64,000 nt of DNA, from contig JAQFVV010000006.1 of the NCBI GenBank assembly GCA_028023455.1, forward strand, positions 14,322,001 to 14,386,000. Reading direction: 5' to 3'. Under the pieces are notes generated by a model that searched no databases, was not told where the DNA came from, and saw only the letters and a program-made list of their open reading frames with translations. Both the position numbers and the translations under genes were made by a program. Shown here piece by piece: positions 12,314-24,300 of the stretch (the first letter of the stretch is position 1; every line of letters begins with the position of its first letter). Origin of the DNA: Epiperipatus broadwayi (taxonomy: Eukaryota > Animalia > Onychophora).

Positions 12314-12594
12314 CACAGAGGCAAAACTCTCCATAAAGTAATGTCATTCAGTACAAACCAGAGTAATCAATGGATGCAAGTTTTGTGCATAAAATCCCTA
12401 TCAAGATCCTAAGATCTAGGTGCAGTGCTCTCAGACCCAAGGATCCTCACTGATGAAAGCCACAAGTTAGAAACTAGTCTGGGGATATTGGAGTAGGCAC
12501 TAGGTAGGAATTTTATGTACAACCTTTCTTGAATCCATTGATTACTCTGGTTTATACTGAATGGCACTATTGTATGGAGACTTTTGCCTCTGTG
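12314..12594. mobile_element. Hammerhead-bearing repeat, + copy with a short inverted 3'-end copy (pair B)
   Basis: Starts cacagaggcaaaactctcc and ends ggagacttttgcctctgtg. The inverted segment 12314-12402 is joined to the + copy starting gatcctaagatctagg. Confidence 0.85.
12444..12485 (+). ncRNA. Minimal type I hammerhead ribozyme motif (best-preserved copy)
   Basis: tcctca-CTGATGA-aagc cacaa gtta-GAAA-ctag-TC-tgggga. Helix I is tcctca/tgggga (6 bp), the core is intact, the GUC cleavage site is at 12477-12479, and helix III is the palindrome ACTAGT. The base of helix II is an A.A mismatch. Confidence 0.7.
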
Positions 12595-13074
12595 TGTATA
12601 TACGAATATATTATGATACATTACAAGCAGATCCTAAAGAACCATTTAAAAAATAAATCTGTAAATATGCCTACAGTTTGTAATACTAATGCCAATCTAG
12701 CCAGATCCTCTTCTATATGATCTTCAGTTTGTTATACATATGGTTTGAGGGTTTGATTCATGAACAAAAAGGTAGGCATATTTACAGGTTCATTAAAAAA
12801 ATTCTTTAGCAATATGTCCTAATATCATATTAGAACATGTTAGTTCTATGAAACATACTTATGCATAAATATATTTTCTTAATAAATTGATTGTGGTTTT
12901 TCTTATATAATCTCTTTTTTTGTATATATTTTCAATCAACTATATAAGTGTATATTTTTATCTGCACGTATACGTAAAGTGCATACCCATGTATTCATTG
13001 AAGTATATATATGTATGGTGATATATACTTATATTTTACTTAAGAATTAAATTTTAGTTTATACCTTTTTGTAT

Positions 13075-13225
13075 ATCATTAAAAATCAGTCAACACTTAG
13101 ACAATCCCAGTATCAATAACAATTAACAATTTCAAACTGTTGCCAAGGCAACCTTTTTAACAATAAGGGTATTATATAGTCACTAAAGATTGCAACTTGA
13201 CCAGAGATTGAAATTATTGATACAA
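13075..13225. mobile_element. Degenerate copy of the MITE-like element at 34176-34363
   Basis: Shares atcattaaaaatcagtcaaca...tttcaaactgttgccaaggcaacc...actaaagattgc. Confidence 0.6.
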
Positions 13226-13229
13226 AGAA

Positions 13230-13342
13230 GTCAAGCGTTCTTAGCCGAGAGGTCATCGCAGCCGCCTTTCAAGCAAGTAGATGGTTGCAGATGGTTGTGG
13301 GTTCGCGTCCCGGCCGATGCTATGACATATGAAAAAAAAAAA
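13230..13342 (+). mobile_element. tRNA-Gly(TCC)-derived short SINE/retropseudogene, copy 1
   Basis: gtcaa leader, then a degenerate GCGTTGGTGG...GGGTTCG.NTCCCGGCC body, then atgacatatg and a poly-A tail. Shares leader and tail with the 14913 copy. Confidence 0.7.
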
Positions 13343-13814
13343 GTTTAAATAAACCTCTTTAAATAGGTAAATAAAACCGATTCTGAATGCAGACTAATAA
13401 ATAGTCAATCATAACATTACAAATTGCAATTATAAATTTCAAATTGTCTCCGAAGTATTACTTAAATAAGTGTAATAATGTTCAAGGCTAAAATGAGTTG
13501 ATATATTTATTATTTTTAAAACACGAATCAAAACTTTGATTATATATATATGGTTAGGATATATAAACATGTTGTTAAATAGACATTTATAACCTTATAA
13601 TTCTATTGTTTCTATTTCTGTTTGCTTTAAACATGGTTGGAGACATTGGAAAATCTATGGAAATAGCTTTTACTGTGTATTTCGATTATAATACCAGGCC
13701 ATGTATTTATTTGTGAGAATTGTAAATTCTAAAGATGCATTGCTTAAATCACATATATATAAATTAACCGAAGTAAATTGTTTCCATGAGCTATGACAAA
13801 TACTACACCTATAT

Positions 13815-13999
13815 TATAAATTTATTAAACGCACATTGATTACGTAAGTAATATTTACCGAGGCTGTAACCTCGAGAATATGCGTGTAAAATGCGGTAGT
13901 AGGGACCTCTACAGGTTAAGCTTGTGGTTAAACACCTGTAGAGGTCCCTACTATCGCATTTTACACGCATATTCTCGAGGTTACAGCCTCGGTAAATAT
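13815..13999. mobile_element. Asymmetric fold-back insertion flanked by an 11-bp direct repeat (tacacctatat)
   Basis: 69-bp arms (13848-13916 and 13934-14002) with one mismatch. The extra 33-nt tail on the left matches 53645-53685. tacacctatat occurs at 13804-13814 and 14000-14010. Confidence 0.8.
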
Positions 14000-14794
14000 T
14001 ACACCTATATCACTAAATGTTAGTAAAGAATAGGCGGCTACCTATTTCTTAAGCTTAAATGGTATTAATGAACTTTTATTGATGTAAGCTAGATTTAAAA
14101 TCTGTCTAATATATAAATATACACACTATTTCCAGCAATATGAATATTCATTTATATACCATTTAAGTTTAAGGAATCGGTGACTGCGTATTCTTGAACA
14201 TTTATTGACGTAGAAGTGCGGTTTATCATAGCGTGTGGAAGCGTGGTTTACTTCCGTTTAATTTACATCTATGAGAATTATATAAATTTAATTTACAAAA
14301 GCTATATTTTTAAACTAATGCTTATTTCAAAATAACTGTATTTCAACCAATAGACTAATGATTTTAAATCATTTTTTTAGATTAGAAATTATTATATTTT
14401 CTTCAAGCACAGATAATCCTATCAAGCTTTATAAATATGTACGAGTTACATTGAAACTTTAAAATTTATCGAGATAAAATATTTTATAAAGTAATTGGAT
14501 AAATGTTAATTTTTATATGGATCTGTAAAAGTTGATAGATATGTCAAGACCTTTAATATATTGAATTTAAAATTTATATCTGGAATTTTAAAAAAAAGTA
14601 TTAATTTCTCTTTTAATAAAAAATGATTTAAAATCATTTATGTATTGACAAATTATTCGAGATAAATTCTGATTAAAAAATACATTTGCAAAGTAATTTT
14701 ATATCATTCACGTGTATGATGTATTCGTATTAAATAATCAATTATAATGTCATTGGCAGGAACATATATAAATGTAGACCTATTATTAAGCACA

Positions 14795-15190
14795 GAAAAT
14801 CTGTAATTGTACATAAGGAAATTAACTTTTGATCATGCGCTGTTTCGTAGCTATTATAAATCTCCACACACTCACCCGTCTGTAAGTTTTAAAAGCTTAA
14901 GTAAAAGAAATTGTCAAGCGTTGGTGGTCGAGTGGCCAGCACAGCTTCCTTACAAGCAGTTGTTCCGGGTTAGCGGGTTCGCTTCCCGGCCGATGCTATG
15001 ACACATGAAAAAAAAAGTAAAAGAAATTAACCTCCGATCACGCACTTTTTCATAACTACTAAAAATATCCATGAATCTTCGATCATGTGCTACAGTTTAG
15101 CTTTTAAAACTCTTATTGATAGGTGAGTGCACAATTTTTAATAGCTATGAAACAGTGCATAATCAGAAGTTAATTTCCTTCACAATTATA
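14795..15190. mobile_element. Degenerate fold-back element (family of 43979-44370) interrupted by a SINE
   Basis: aaggaaattaac...gcgctgtt...cactcacc on the left and ggtgagtg...aacagtgc...gttaatttcctt on the right. Confidence 0.65.
14913..15016 (+). mobile_element. tRNA-Gly(TCC)-derived SINE, copy 2, with target-site duplication
   Basis: gcgttggtggtcgagtggccagcacagcttccttacaagcagttgttccgggtt...cccggcc aligns to eukaryotic tRNA-Gly-TCC. Poly-A tail. aagtaaaagaaatt occurs at 14899-14912 and 15015-15028. Confidence 0.85.
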
Positions 15191-15310
15191 GATATAGGTA
15201 ATTCTGTGGTTTAGATAATTTATATTTTAAAAGTCACATAATGTAAAATGTTTTCATTATACGTATTATAAAACTATAAATTATAAAAGAAATAAATGAC
15301 AATCATTTAT

Positions 15311-15348
15311 AACCCTGAAGAAGACTGCTAGCCAATCAAAATAGACAG
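15311..15348 (+). ncRNA. Decayed hammerhead-like motif of a different family
   Basis: CTGAAGA-a-gactg ctagc caatc-aaaa-tagacag. Restoring caGtcGaaa gives a 5-bp helix II and GAAA. Helix I and the cleavage triplet are not convincing. Confidence 0.3.
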
Positions 15349-15524
15349 AAAATTCTTTGTTTTTAACTATCTTCAAACAACATATATTCTAATACTCGAT
15401 GTTTTCAAAAATATTTGGATTTTAGATTCAATTTTTCTCTTTATTCCAAAATTTTATGAACTCTTCTGCGTTTAATTTAAAGTTAAGGTTATAGTTAAAA
15501 ATTTAGTTGCATGAAATAATTATG

Positions 15525-16305
15525 TAGAAAGCATAGTCTGGTGCAGTGATGAGATTCTGAAATTCAAGGTCCATGTAACATGCATAACTGTCATCCTCGA
15601 TGCTCAAACTTCTTATACATTGTTGAGCATAAATCATTTAGCCTCATGACTTAATATAGTGGTAGGGTTGCAGACTCTAGAGGGATCAAGGTATATAGAT
15701 TGTGGTTAAAATTATTACTTGTGTTCAAATTTCACTAGAATTCTGAGACACGAACCATGTAATGGTTTTGTCTTTATTAGTTTGGCATAATGATAAATCG
15801 GTAGACTCTGGAAGTCAGAGTCCATGGATCGTGCCCTAATACTTTGGGTGCTTGAATTTCTTGAGCAGTAAACCATTTAATTTGTATTACTATTTACAAG
15901 TACACAATATAGAGCAACTACATACCCTTTATTTAGTTACTAAAAGTAACCAATGAAACATAATAGCACAGGATTATAATTCACAATTTAAACCTCTTAA
16001 TATAGAATAATCATGTGGCTACTTGTTTAAGAGATCAGGCAACATTTGAATACGGAATGACAGATTAAGCACATTTATAGATTTTTTGGTTTCCATAAAT
16101 CATAAGTTCTTGAACACCATTGCAGACTATATGCACAATTATTTATCGTTAAAGCAACTTGAAACTTTCTCTAAAATCTCAATGTTTTTATGTCCTGCAT
16201 ACATTTGATGCAGTGATAAAGTAGGGGACTTTGGAACTCAAAGTCCATAGATCGTAGGCTCAACTGCTACTTCCGCTGCTTGAACTTCTGAGCAATAAAA
16301 CCAAT
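15525..16305 (+). mobile_element. Cluster of ~4 degenerate tRNA-like SINE copies
   Basis: Repeated motif gcagtg(a/g)t...gactctggaa.tca.agtccat.gatcgt...gcttgaa.ttct.gagca.taaa at ~15540, 15655, 15785 and 16208. Relatives at 36625-36672 (-) and 52545-52628 (+). Confidence 0.55.
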
Positions 16306-17754
16306 TTTAAAAATTTTTTTAAAATTATATATCGATAATGTGTATGTATATATATATATTCTTCAGACTACTTAATTTTTTTTTTGAAAAAAAATTACTG
16401 AAAGGCTGGATTAAAAATTATTTTGATTAGATAGTATAATTATTTAATATCTATCAAATTTACATGTTGCATCACAAATTTGTCCATATTTTGTATATTA
16501 GACTATAATTATAAATCCGCAAATTATTTTTGTCACTTGTTTATCGCTTTGTATAGGGTATGTTATTTTTTTAGGAAACTACGGTGTTTTCGTTAAAATG
16601 TACAAATTGCCTTAATTTTTTTTTTAATGATGTAATAATGATAATAATAAAATAAAAAAGTGTGAAATAAAAAAATATTGTTTAGATTTTTTTAAAAAAA
16701 AATTTGTTAATGTATTTTCAAATTATTTCCATATGGAGATATATTTGTAGGTGTTTTGTACACGATATTCATATAATAAAATTACTTGAAGAACTATAAA
16801 AATACCGACAACGGTCTGCTGGATTAACCTGTGTTTTGATAGATATTCTGGAGTTCTGACTTATGCAAATGAAGCATTCTGAAAAATTTTATGAACCTGA
16901 AGTAAAAAAAAAAAACTTTTATGACATATTAAAGTGTGTTCTTATATGGTATTTCTAATAGTATTCCAATGACTTTAATAAGCAAAATAATTAATTTTAC
17001 GACATAAATATGTAATGCAAAGAGTATCATTCATGGAATATATAAGTCCAAATGCATTACTAAGAGAATTCACAAATGATATTCCTAATGAATTATTTAA
17101 ATGAACTTTCAAACAAAGCCCATCTTTTGTTATATCAACGTCAAATCATCTTTTATTGACAAAATAGATTAGCACTGATATAACACAATATTGGTTGAAT
17201 ATTCATTTAAATGAGTCTACAGCTAGAACACGGTCATCACAAACCTTCAGAAAAACACTTTAAGAATCTTGTTTGTGAATTCGGACTTGTTTGTTCCACA
17301 AATCGGTTTTTAATAGTATTTATAACAATGGTTGACGCGCAAGTTTTGTAATTAATAAAGATATGTTTGATTTAATATGCCTTTACTCTTTATCCATTTT
17401 GACTTTATTCAATCATTTAGGATAGCATAGGGCATCATATAACATCTCATGCCATTAGTTATCTCTTTAAACTAATTGTGACAACCTGATAGTATATTTG
17501 TGCATTATTCTTTTCTTTAATTACTCACTCTGCAGTTTTGATTTCCTATCTTTGATTTACTGGTGGCTGCTAAGATTAAAATTAATTTGCCGCTGAAAGC
17601 CATTTAATTTGAATGACTTTTTAACTTTGAATAATACGATAAAGATCAAGTTTAGTTTCCTGCTAACTAATGAACCCTTCTCCTGTTATGCTACGCTGAA
17701 TTATTCAAATTTGGATAAGATGATAAAATAAATTAAAAAAAAAAAAAGATAAAA

Positions 17755-17960
17755 CAAGAGCAACTCTATTCTAATTCCATGTTTCGTAAGCTTGAGTAAT
17801 CAGTGATTACCAGATGATAGTATATTTAAATCCACAGACCAATTTCTGGTTTTTATCTTTATTAATGAACCTTTGGAGATCAAAAGTGGAAGTAATGCAA
17901 TGTCATTGATGAAGACAAAACCCAGAAATGGATCTTGGTACTAGAATAGAGCCGCTTATT
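17755..17960. mobile_element. Old, diverged inverted pair related to the hammerhead repeat
   Basis: cttgagtaatcagtgattacc and ccacagaccaatttctggtt...ttattaatga (-), then cattgatgaagacaaaacccagaaatggatcttgg (+). Confidence 0.45.
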
Positions 17961-18590
17961 TCATCATATATTAAGTTAAGGAATTAACTCACGGACTCAT
18001 CCATCTAAGTACATTTGTATGGACATGATATAATTCTTCAGCTTTGCTTTGATCTCCTTCAGTAACCATGAGTTTTTTTATTTGCATGTTTAAACTTGTT
18101 CTGCTATAAAAACAATATTGATTTATTAGGTAAAAAATAATCTGAAGATGTCAGTAGGCCACAGAACATTTTAAGAGAAAAATATAAAAAGCATTGACTA
18201 GAGCTTTGAAGGATTAATTGAACAATTCTTTGATTTTGGACATTTCAATGAATTTATAAACTCCCATTCTATCATTTATGATCATGAAAAAATTACTTTT
18301 GTCATTGATTTAAATATTTGATTATTTTTACAAAATATTTATGTAATAATTATTAAAAAGGAAATATGTTTATAGTTAGATGTTTTTGAAATATGTTTCG
18401 TTCCATGCTGTCAATTGGTCATACAGAATTTTTGATACACTAATAATTATAAACACCATTTTAGATTTTATAACAGGATTGCATAAAGTTATCATAACTT
18501 AACAAAATTTTTTTCAGGCTTTACAATTCAAATTATGATTTTGTTAATTTTTAACAATAATGTTAAACAACAAGCCAATAAACAAAAGAA

Positions 18591-18650
18591 GAAACCGGTC
18601 TGGGTTTGGGGATATTCTGCAATGCTTATTAAGAGCTTATTTGCGAGCTC
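18591..18650 (+). mobile_element. 5'-truncated copy of the ACCGGT family starting at GAAACCGGTC
   Basis: gaaaccggtctgggtttggggatattc...aagagcttatttgcgagctc matches the arms of the 11881-12010 palindrome. No CTGANGA is present upstream. Confidence 0.7.
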
Positions 18651-19119
18651 CAGAGGTCATACGACTTGATTTCTTTGTAACAAGACTTCATAGTGAACAA
18701 AAAGAACTTAGTACAATTGCTGAACAGTCATAATTATTCTCATATTTAAAATCTCATATTGAAATCTTCAACCATGTGATAAAACCTTGGATATCATTTA
18801 CAATGATTCTTTACTTTAACAAAACTTCCATGTTTTTATAAGACATTTTTAAAGAATGATTAAAGAATTAGTTGTTTGGAGGCTAGATAATATTCAAGCA
18901 TCCAAATGGTAGGCCAAGATTCATTTAATTATCAAAACTATAGTAGTAATTATATATTGGAGTATTACCGTCATCCAATATTAATGGTTAAATGTCTTTA
19001 ATGAAACTCAAACTTTATTTAAATTTTTCAAATATATTTAACTGTTAGTAAGGGACATAGATTAGTATATAACACAACATTTCAGGTGATATTATTCTTC
19101 TATCTTGTTCAGGGTGTTA

Positions 19120-19325
19120 CTGGCCTGACCAGTAACTACTGACATGAGAATCAAACCCGAATCTTTAGCATCTCAATGTTGAATTTAAAGTGACACTCTA
19201 AATAATTAGGCTACCCAGCCTTGACAAAATAGTCTAATTAGTTAAAGTATTACCTTAAATCCAACGTTTACAAATTAAAAATCCCTGGTTTGATTCCCAT
19301 GCTAGGACTCACTGGTCAGGCTAAA
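19120..19325. mobile_element. Inverted pair of tRNA-like SINE fragments
   Basis: ggcctgaccagt...catgagaatcaaacccg versus cctggtttgattcccatg...actggtcaggct. B-box-like GGTTTGATTCC and an A-box-like tagcctaattatttagag on the - strand. Confidence 0.5.
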
Positions 19326-21215
19326 AAAATCTGAAAAAGAGAGAATAATACCACTCAAAATGTGTTATATACTACCAAGTCTTATTCCTAATAGATGAAT
19401 ATCTTTAAAAATTTTGAATAAAGTTTGAATTTTTCTAAAGACATTTAACAATTAATATTAAATGATGGAAATAGGCCATTTTACAATTACTATTCAAATA
19501 CCTTCCTCCAAATTTTCAGACAAAAAGTATAATTATTTTGACTTTACTTAGCTTAGAGTCTATCACTTTAATACAGAACTAAACTGAACAAGGGAACAAA
19601 ATAAATTATATAGTCAGTTCGAGTAAGTCATGTGATGTTTGAGTACTCAAGCTACAGAGTGAGAATAAAAGTTGAATCAATTGATCAAACTGCTTGTTTG
19701 CTCAGCTGAAAATAAATCAAGAAATCTTTCATTCTCGAGTCGGATACTACATGATGTTGATTATATTAATGCTGGACACAAAAAAAAAAAAAGAGGGGGG
19801 GGGGTTCTAAGCAACTTTCATATAAATATTTCAAGATGTTACAATCTTGAGATATTTCCCATTTTCTAATACAATCTTTCAGTGTATAAACATATTAAGG
19901 TACAATAAGTTAAAACGATAAGATATGCGGTCATATTTCGGCCGAAAAGAAATTATAAAGTAATATAATAAAACTTCATTTTCCGTATAAAATGAAATTA
20001 TTTGCCTTATCCAGTAGTAACATTCAAATACAAAAGAAATTAACATGATTAATAAAAAATTATAATACATAATAGCAGAAATATTCATTCATTCAGCATA
20101 AATTCATACTTTTGAGTAACTAAAACATTCAAGAAGGCATGCAAAAAATAGTAGTCACTTAAAAATATTGCAGCCATTTTCTGTCTAATGTGAACATAAT
20201 GACAGAAGTTAGAATTTTAATTTTGTCGTACAATTAAAAAAAGATCAAACAGACTTTAAATAGTCTATTTGGCAAAAACTTCTACAAGAAGAGAAAGTAC
20301 GAGATGTTGAGAGACTAGAAGTCAGCAACTGATAGTGGATCGTTAGCTGGATATGGCACTGCTCAATAATAATGCAAGTGAAGGCTATACAACTGTAAAT
20401 GTTCCAAAGGTTTTATTAAAATAAAAAATTCATCCAAGGACTGTATCCAGGATAATAAATACAGTCCATATATTAAATTATCGAAAGGTCATACTAGTAT
20501 GGTGTTTTAACTTTTTGTTGAAACAGTAGTCAAAATACAGTAATTGTTTCTAATGTATCATTTTAGTGAGAGGTTTGTAATAATTTGGCTTCATTTACTA
20601 AGCTACTTACATCACTTTCAATGTTTGTAGTTTTCAATCGCAGTATCAAAATCTTTAAGTGGAACGCACAAACCTTCACAATGAACTACATTATGGACAA
20701 TTCTAGTATAAGTATATTAAACAAATTATCCAAGAAATCATTTAATGTAAGACTCTTTAAAATCATGTTAACAAATTTATTAAAGAAAAATAAATAAATA
20801 AAATTTCTAAATGTTAAAGAAGTTATTTTTGATAAGAAGAATCTCAACATTTTCTTCGTATTTCTATTTTTCCAACTGAAAGTTGATATTGTCGTAAATG
20901 ACTTACTTTTTGTTATTTTTGAAATCTAAAATTATTTTAAAGATATTTTTTAAATAATACATATATTATAGAAAATATTTTAAGAAAATTGCAAATTCTT
21001 TATGTCAATATATAAAAATAAGCATTTTTATTGGATATTCAGTTAAATATCAACAATACTATAGATCTACGAGAATTTTTCACTTGTTCTACAAAATTCA
21101 ATTATAATGCCATTTTAAAAACATGATTAATAAAATTTCATACATTATGTATTTATAGATCTTTTATTAGCAAATATACAAATTATAATACATAACTGTA
21201 TAGAATGAAATGAAA

Positions 21216-21221
21216 TTTATT
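21216..21221 (-). promoter_or_regulatory. Candidate polyadenylation signal of ARPC3
   Basis: AATAAA on the - strand ~100 nt past the stop codon; a second one lies at 21163-21168. Confidence 0.3.
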
Positions 21222-21318
21222 TTATAAAATAAGTAAATGGTAGTACTTAACAAAAGATACAATGCATTGGTATTTAACATGATTTGTATACGTAATATAT
21301 AAATACACGACAATTCGT

Positions 21319-21381
21319 CTACATTCCTGGGCCTGAAAGACTTTTATCCATAAATCTTTTCTTAGAAAAACAAAGCCACCA
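21319..21381 (-). CDS. ARPC3: ARPC3 last coding exon (63 bp)
   Basis: ttttcag acceptor, then [20 protein letters not shown] (human [20 protein letters not shown]). Confidence 0.95.
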   Translation of the reverse strand, partial: WWLCFSKKRFMDKSLSGPGM

Positions 21382-24300
21382 CTGAAAATAAACATAAAAT
21401 TTATAAATACATACATATATATATGTAAATATCATATATATATATATATATATAATGAATGGACCATTAAACAAATTGTGCTGAATGTGTATAAATATAA
21501 TTTAAAGGTTATCAGATTAACAAAAAAAAGATAAAAAAAACTTTTCAAATGTCCACTTCAATGGTTTCACCAACTTGGTATATTCCTACTTCATCAATCT
21601 TATAATTAAAATCAAACTTTAAGAGATCAATAATATTTAATGCAGAACATAATAAAGATAATTTATAATACACTATAAATCAAATACTCATAAAATGTAA
21701 AAATCATTAATATTCAGTTCAAAATCCACATCATAAATTAACAACTAGTATGAATTATAAACACTATATCCCAGTAAAACTCCAAGCTGCCTACAGCGCC
21801 ACCTCTGAATCAACGCATGTGTAATATAGCAGTATAGTTTAACTATTCACAAGTCACTGGTATTTGGATTGTGAGTTGAAACACGAAATGTGGTGTAGCG
21901 TGTTTCATATCTTACCTTGCAATGAAACAACATGCTTACATTCAATTTTGTTTTAAACTAGACAAAATGACTACCAAAATGTTTGAAATGATTCAAACTG
22001 TGTATTAAGTGAAACCACGGGTTTCAGGAAAGCAAGAGCAAAGAAGACGATCTATGAAAATATAAAACCCATTGGCACATTTCAAGTTATTACCCATGAT
22101 TCAGTCATGATAGTCTTAAAATTTTTGTAGGGAACAGCTGAATCATGCAGTTACATAATGTATGTATTGATTTGACTGTAGGAGAGATCTACCAGTCATC
22201 ATTTTACTGGAACAAACTGTATAAGTTATTTTTAAAAAAAATAATGTTATGTAACATATAATAATAAAATTCCTTTAAATAAATACAACAGCCAATGCCA
22301 AATACTGTCGACATTAATTATTAAATTTCACTAACATATATTAAAACAAAAAATCATGACTCTTAGCTTGCTTTTCACATCTACATAAGTAGTTGTAATG
22401 CATTCTATTCTACCCATCTATATAAACGTAATCAATAGAAAGCAAACGACAGTGGAACCAGATCCTTTTGCCTTCCATTCAAGCTAATTACTTGAAAGTT
22501 TCAAGCACTACAAGGTTTAAATCTAAATTATTCTTTGTCCAGATTAAATAACATAAGTAGAAATTGCTGCAGGATAAATATATGCAATTTAGGGTTGCTT
22601 CTTGATGAAAAACAATAATCAGAAACAAACAGACCCTGCAATCACCTGGAATCCATGGATTACTTTATGCTTACATATCTAACTCAAAAATATGTAATGT
22701 AGCAAGATATAGGCATGGATTATCCTGATTATATAGATATTAAATAAAAGTTACCAATCGTGTAGTTTGTTATATAATATCCTTTTGCCAAAGTTTAAAA
22801 AAAAAAAAATCTGCCATTGAAATATAATTGATGTTACTAAAATAAATGCTTACTGCATACTAAACAAATGGGTTCAAAATTTTAAGATATTGCAAATTTA
22901 AACTTATCTTGAATAGTATAACAGAAATAATTATGGCTGCTGAATTAGTATATGTAATCCAGTGCCATTCATAGACGAAGACCATTAATCAGACACTAGT
23001 CAAAGTATTTGATTCATGCTACCATATTGTATCTAAACAAAAATCGTAATCATTTTGGATTTTAAAAAAAAGCAAAGCATCTTTAAAAAACAAAGTAGGT
23101 ATGGAGCTTGACTGATCTATCAATCATGGTTACACGACAAGTTATTATCAAAGAGTAAGCATCAAAGCTACAGTATTTCCAAGAGCCAAAAATAAATTCC
23201 GCAATATAAAGCAATTTGAAATTCCTTTTCAAGTGAGACCATATTTGTTTAGAGATTTTAGCACGCAGTTTGGATATAAAAATCACCCATGACTAACATG
23301 TTTCAGTTATCATGTCATTGATAAAGCAAATGAAAAAAAGATTTTGTAAAAAGTTGTTCCTTATGCAATATTGAAGCAGTCAATCTTAGCTTAAGATTGA
23401 GCTTCATGGGTCTATCTACTAACCTGTGGTGAAACCCTATATCCCATCCCACTTCTTTTGTCATGTATATATATTTTATGTATATATTTGAGATGCGCGC
23501 CCAAAAATTTATAAATTTTAACTTTCAATAACATTTTATTATTATTAATTTTATGATTATTAATTCTTTTTATTAAAATACATAGGTGCGGCTCATATAT
23601 ATATGTATATATTGTAACGGGATATATATACGTTACATTTAAATTTTAGTACTCAAATTTTTTTTTTAAATAAAAGCACAGACATTCGAAATGCACAAAT
23701 AATGAGTTATTAATTTATTAATAAGTTTAATTTAAATATTGAAATAAAATAAGCTTAAGCAAAGATTCTAATCTTTAAATAAATACGATAAAAACCTTTT
23801 AATCTTAAAAATAACGAAGAGAGTTTTAACAAAAATAAAATTACAAACAGATCCTTAGGGCAAAATGACCATTAAAAAGATTACTACGAAATAGATAAGA
23901 GTCGAGAAATAGAAACAAAAGGCTTGCTTTTCCTGCCCAAGATATATACACAGACCACAGAAGAAAATCTACTGAATATGTTCGATGGATCCGCACATTC
24001 CTAGATAAGACGCTTCAGGACTATAAAAGGAAAAATTCAAAAGAAAGAATTAATTAGAAGATTAGAATTTTGAATTCGTTTGTCGTTGCTGAAAAGTTAA
24101 AAAAAGTTATTGTCGCTGTTACCAAAAATGTAATCTGTTTCATCAAGCTTCCTTCGGTTCGGCCGGCCGAAGGCAGCTTTCATCCCATGGATCCCAGGAT
24201 CGAACCACTGGTAACGTCTTCAAAAAAATCATTGTAAAGCTTCATAAACCGTCATTGTCCGAAAAAAATGGCCCTAAAGTAAACTCAGATCTTCGTCCCG

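Noticed and set aside
13235-13320. Apparent TCA triplet suggesting tRNA-Sec or a suppressor tRNA
   Set aside because: The body aligns to tRNA-Gly(TCC) with broken stems, has a poly-A tail and has a paralogue with a TSD, so it is a SINE rather than a functional tRNA
16740-17700. Possible additional gene or exons between PPM1D and ARPC3
   Set aside because: All frames are interrupted by stops and no recognisable protein motif or consistent splice pair was found
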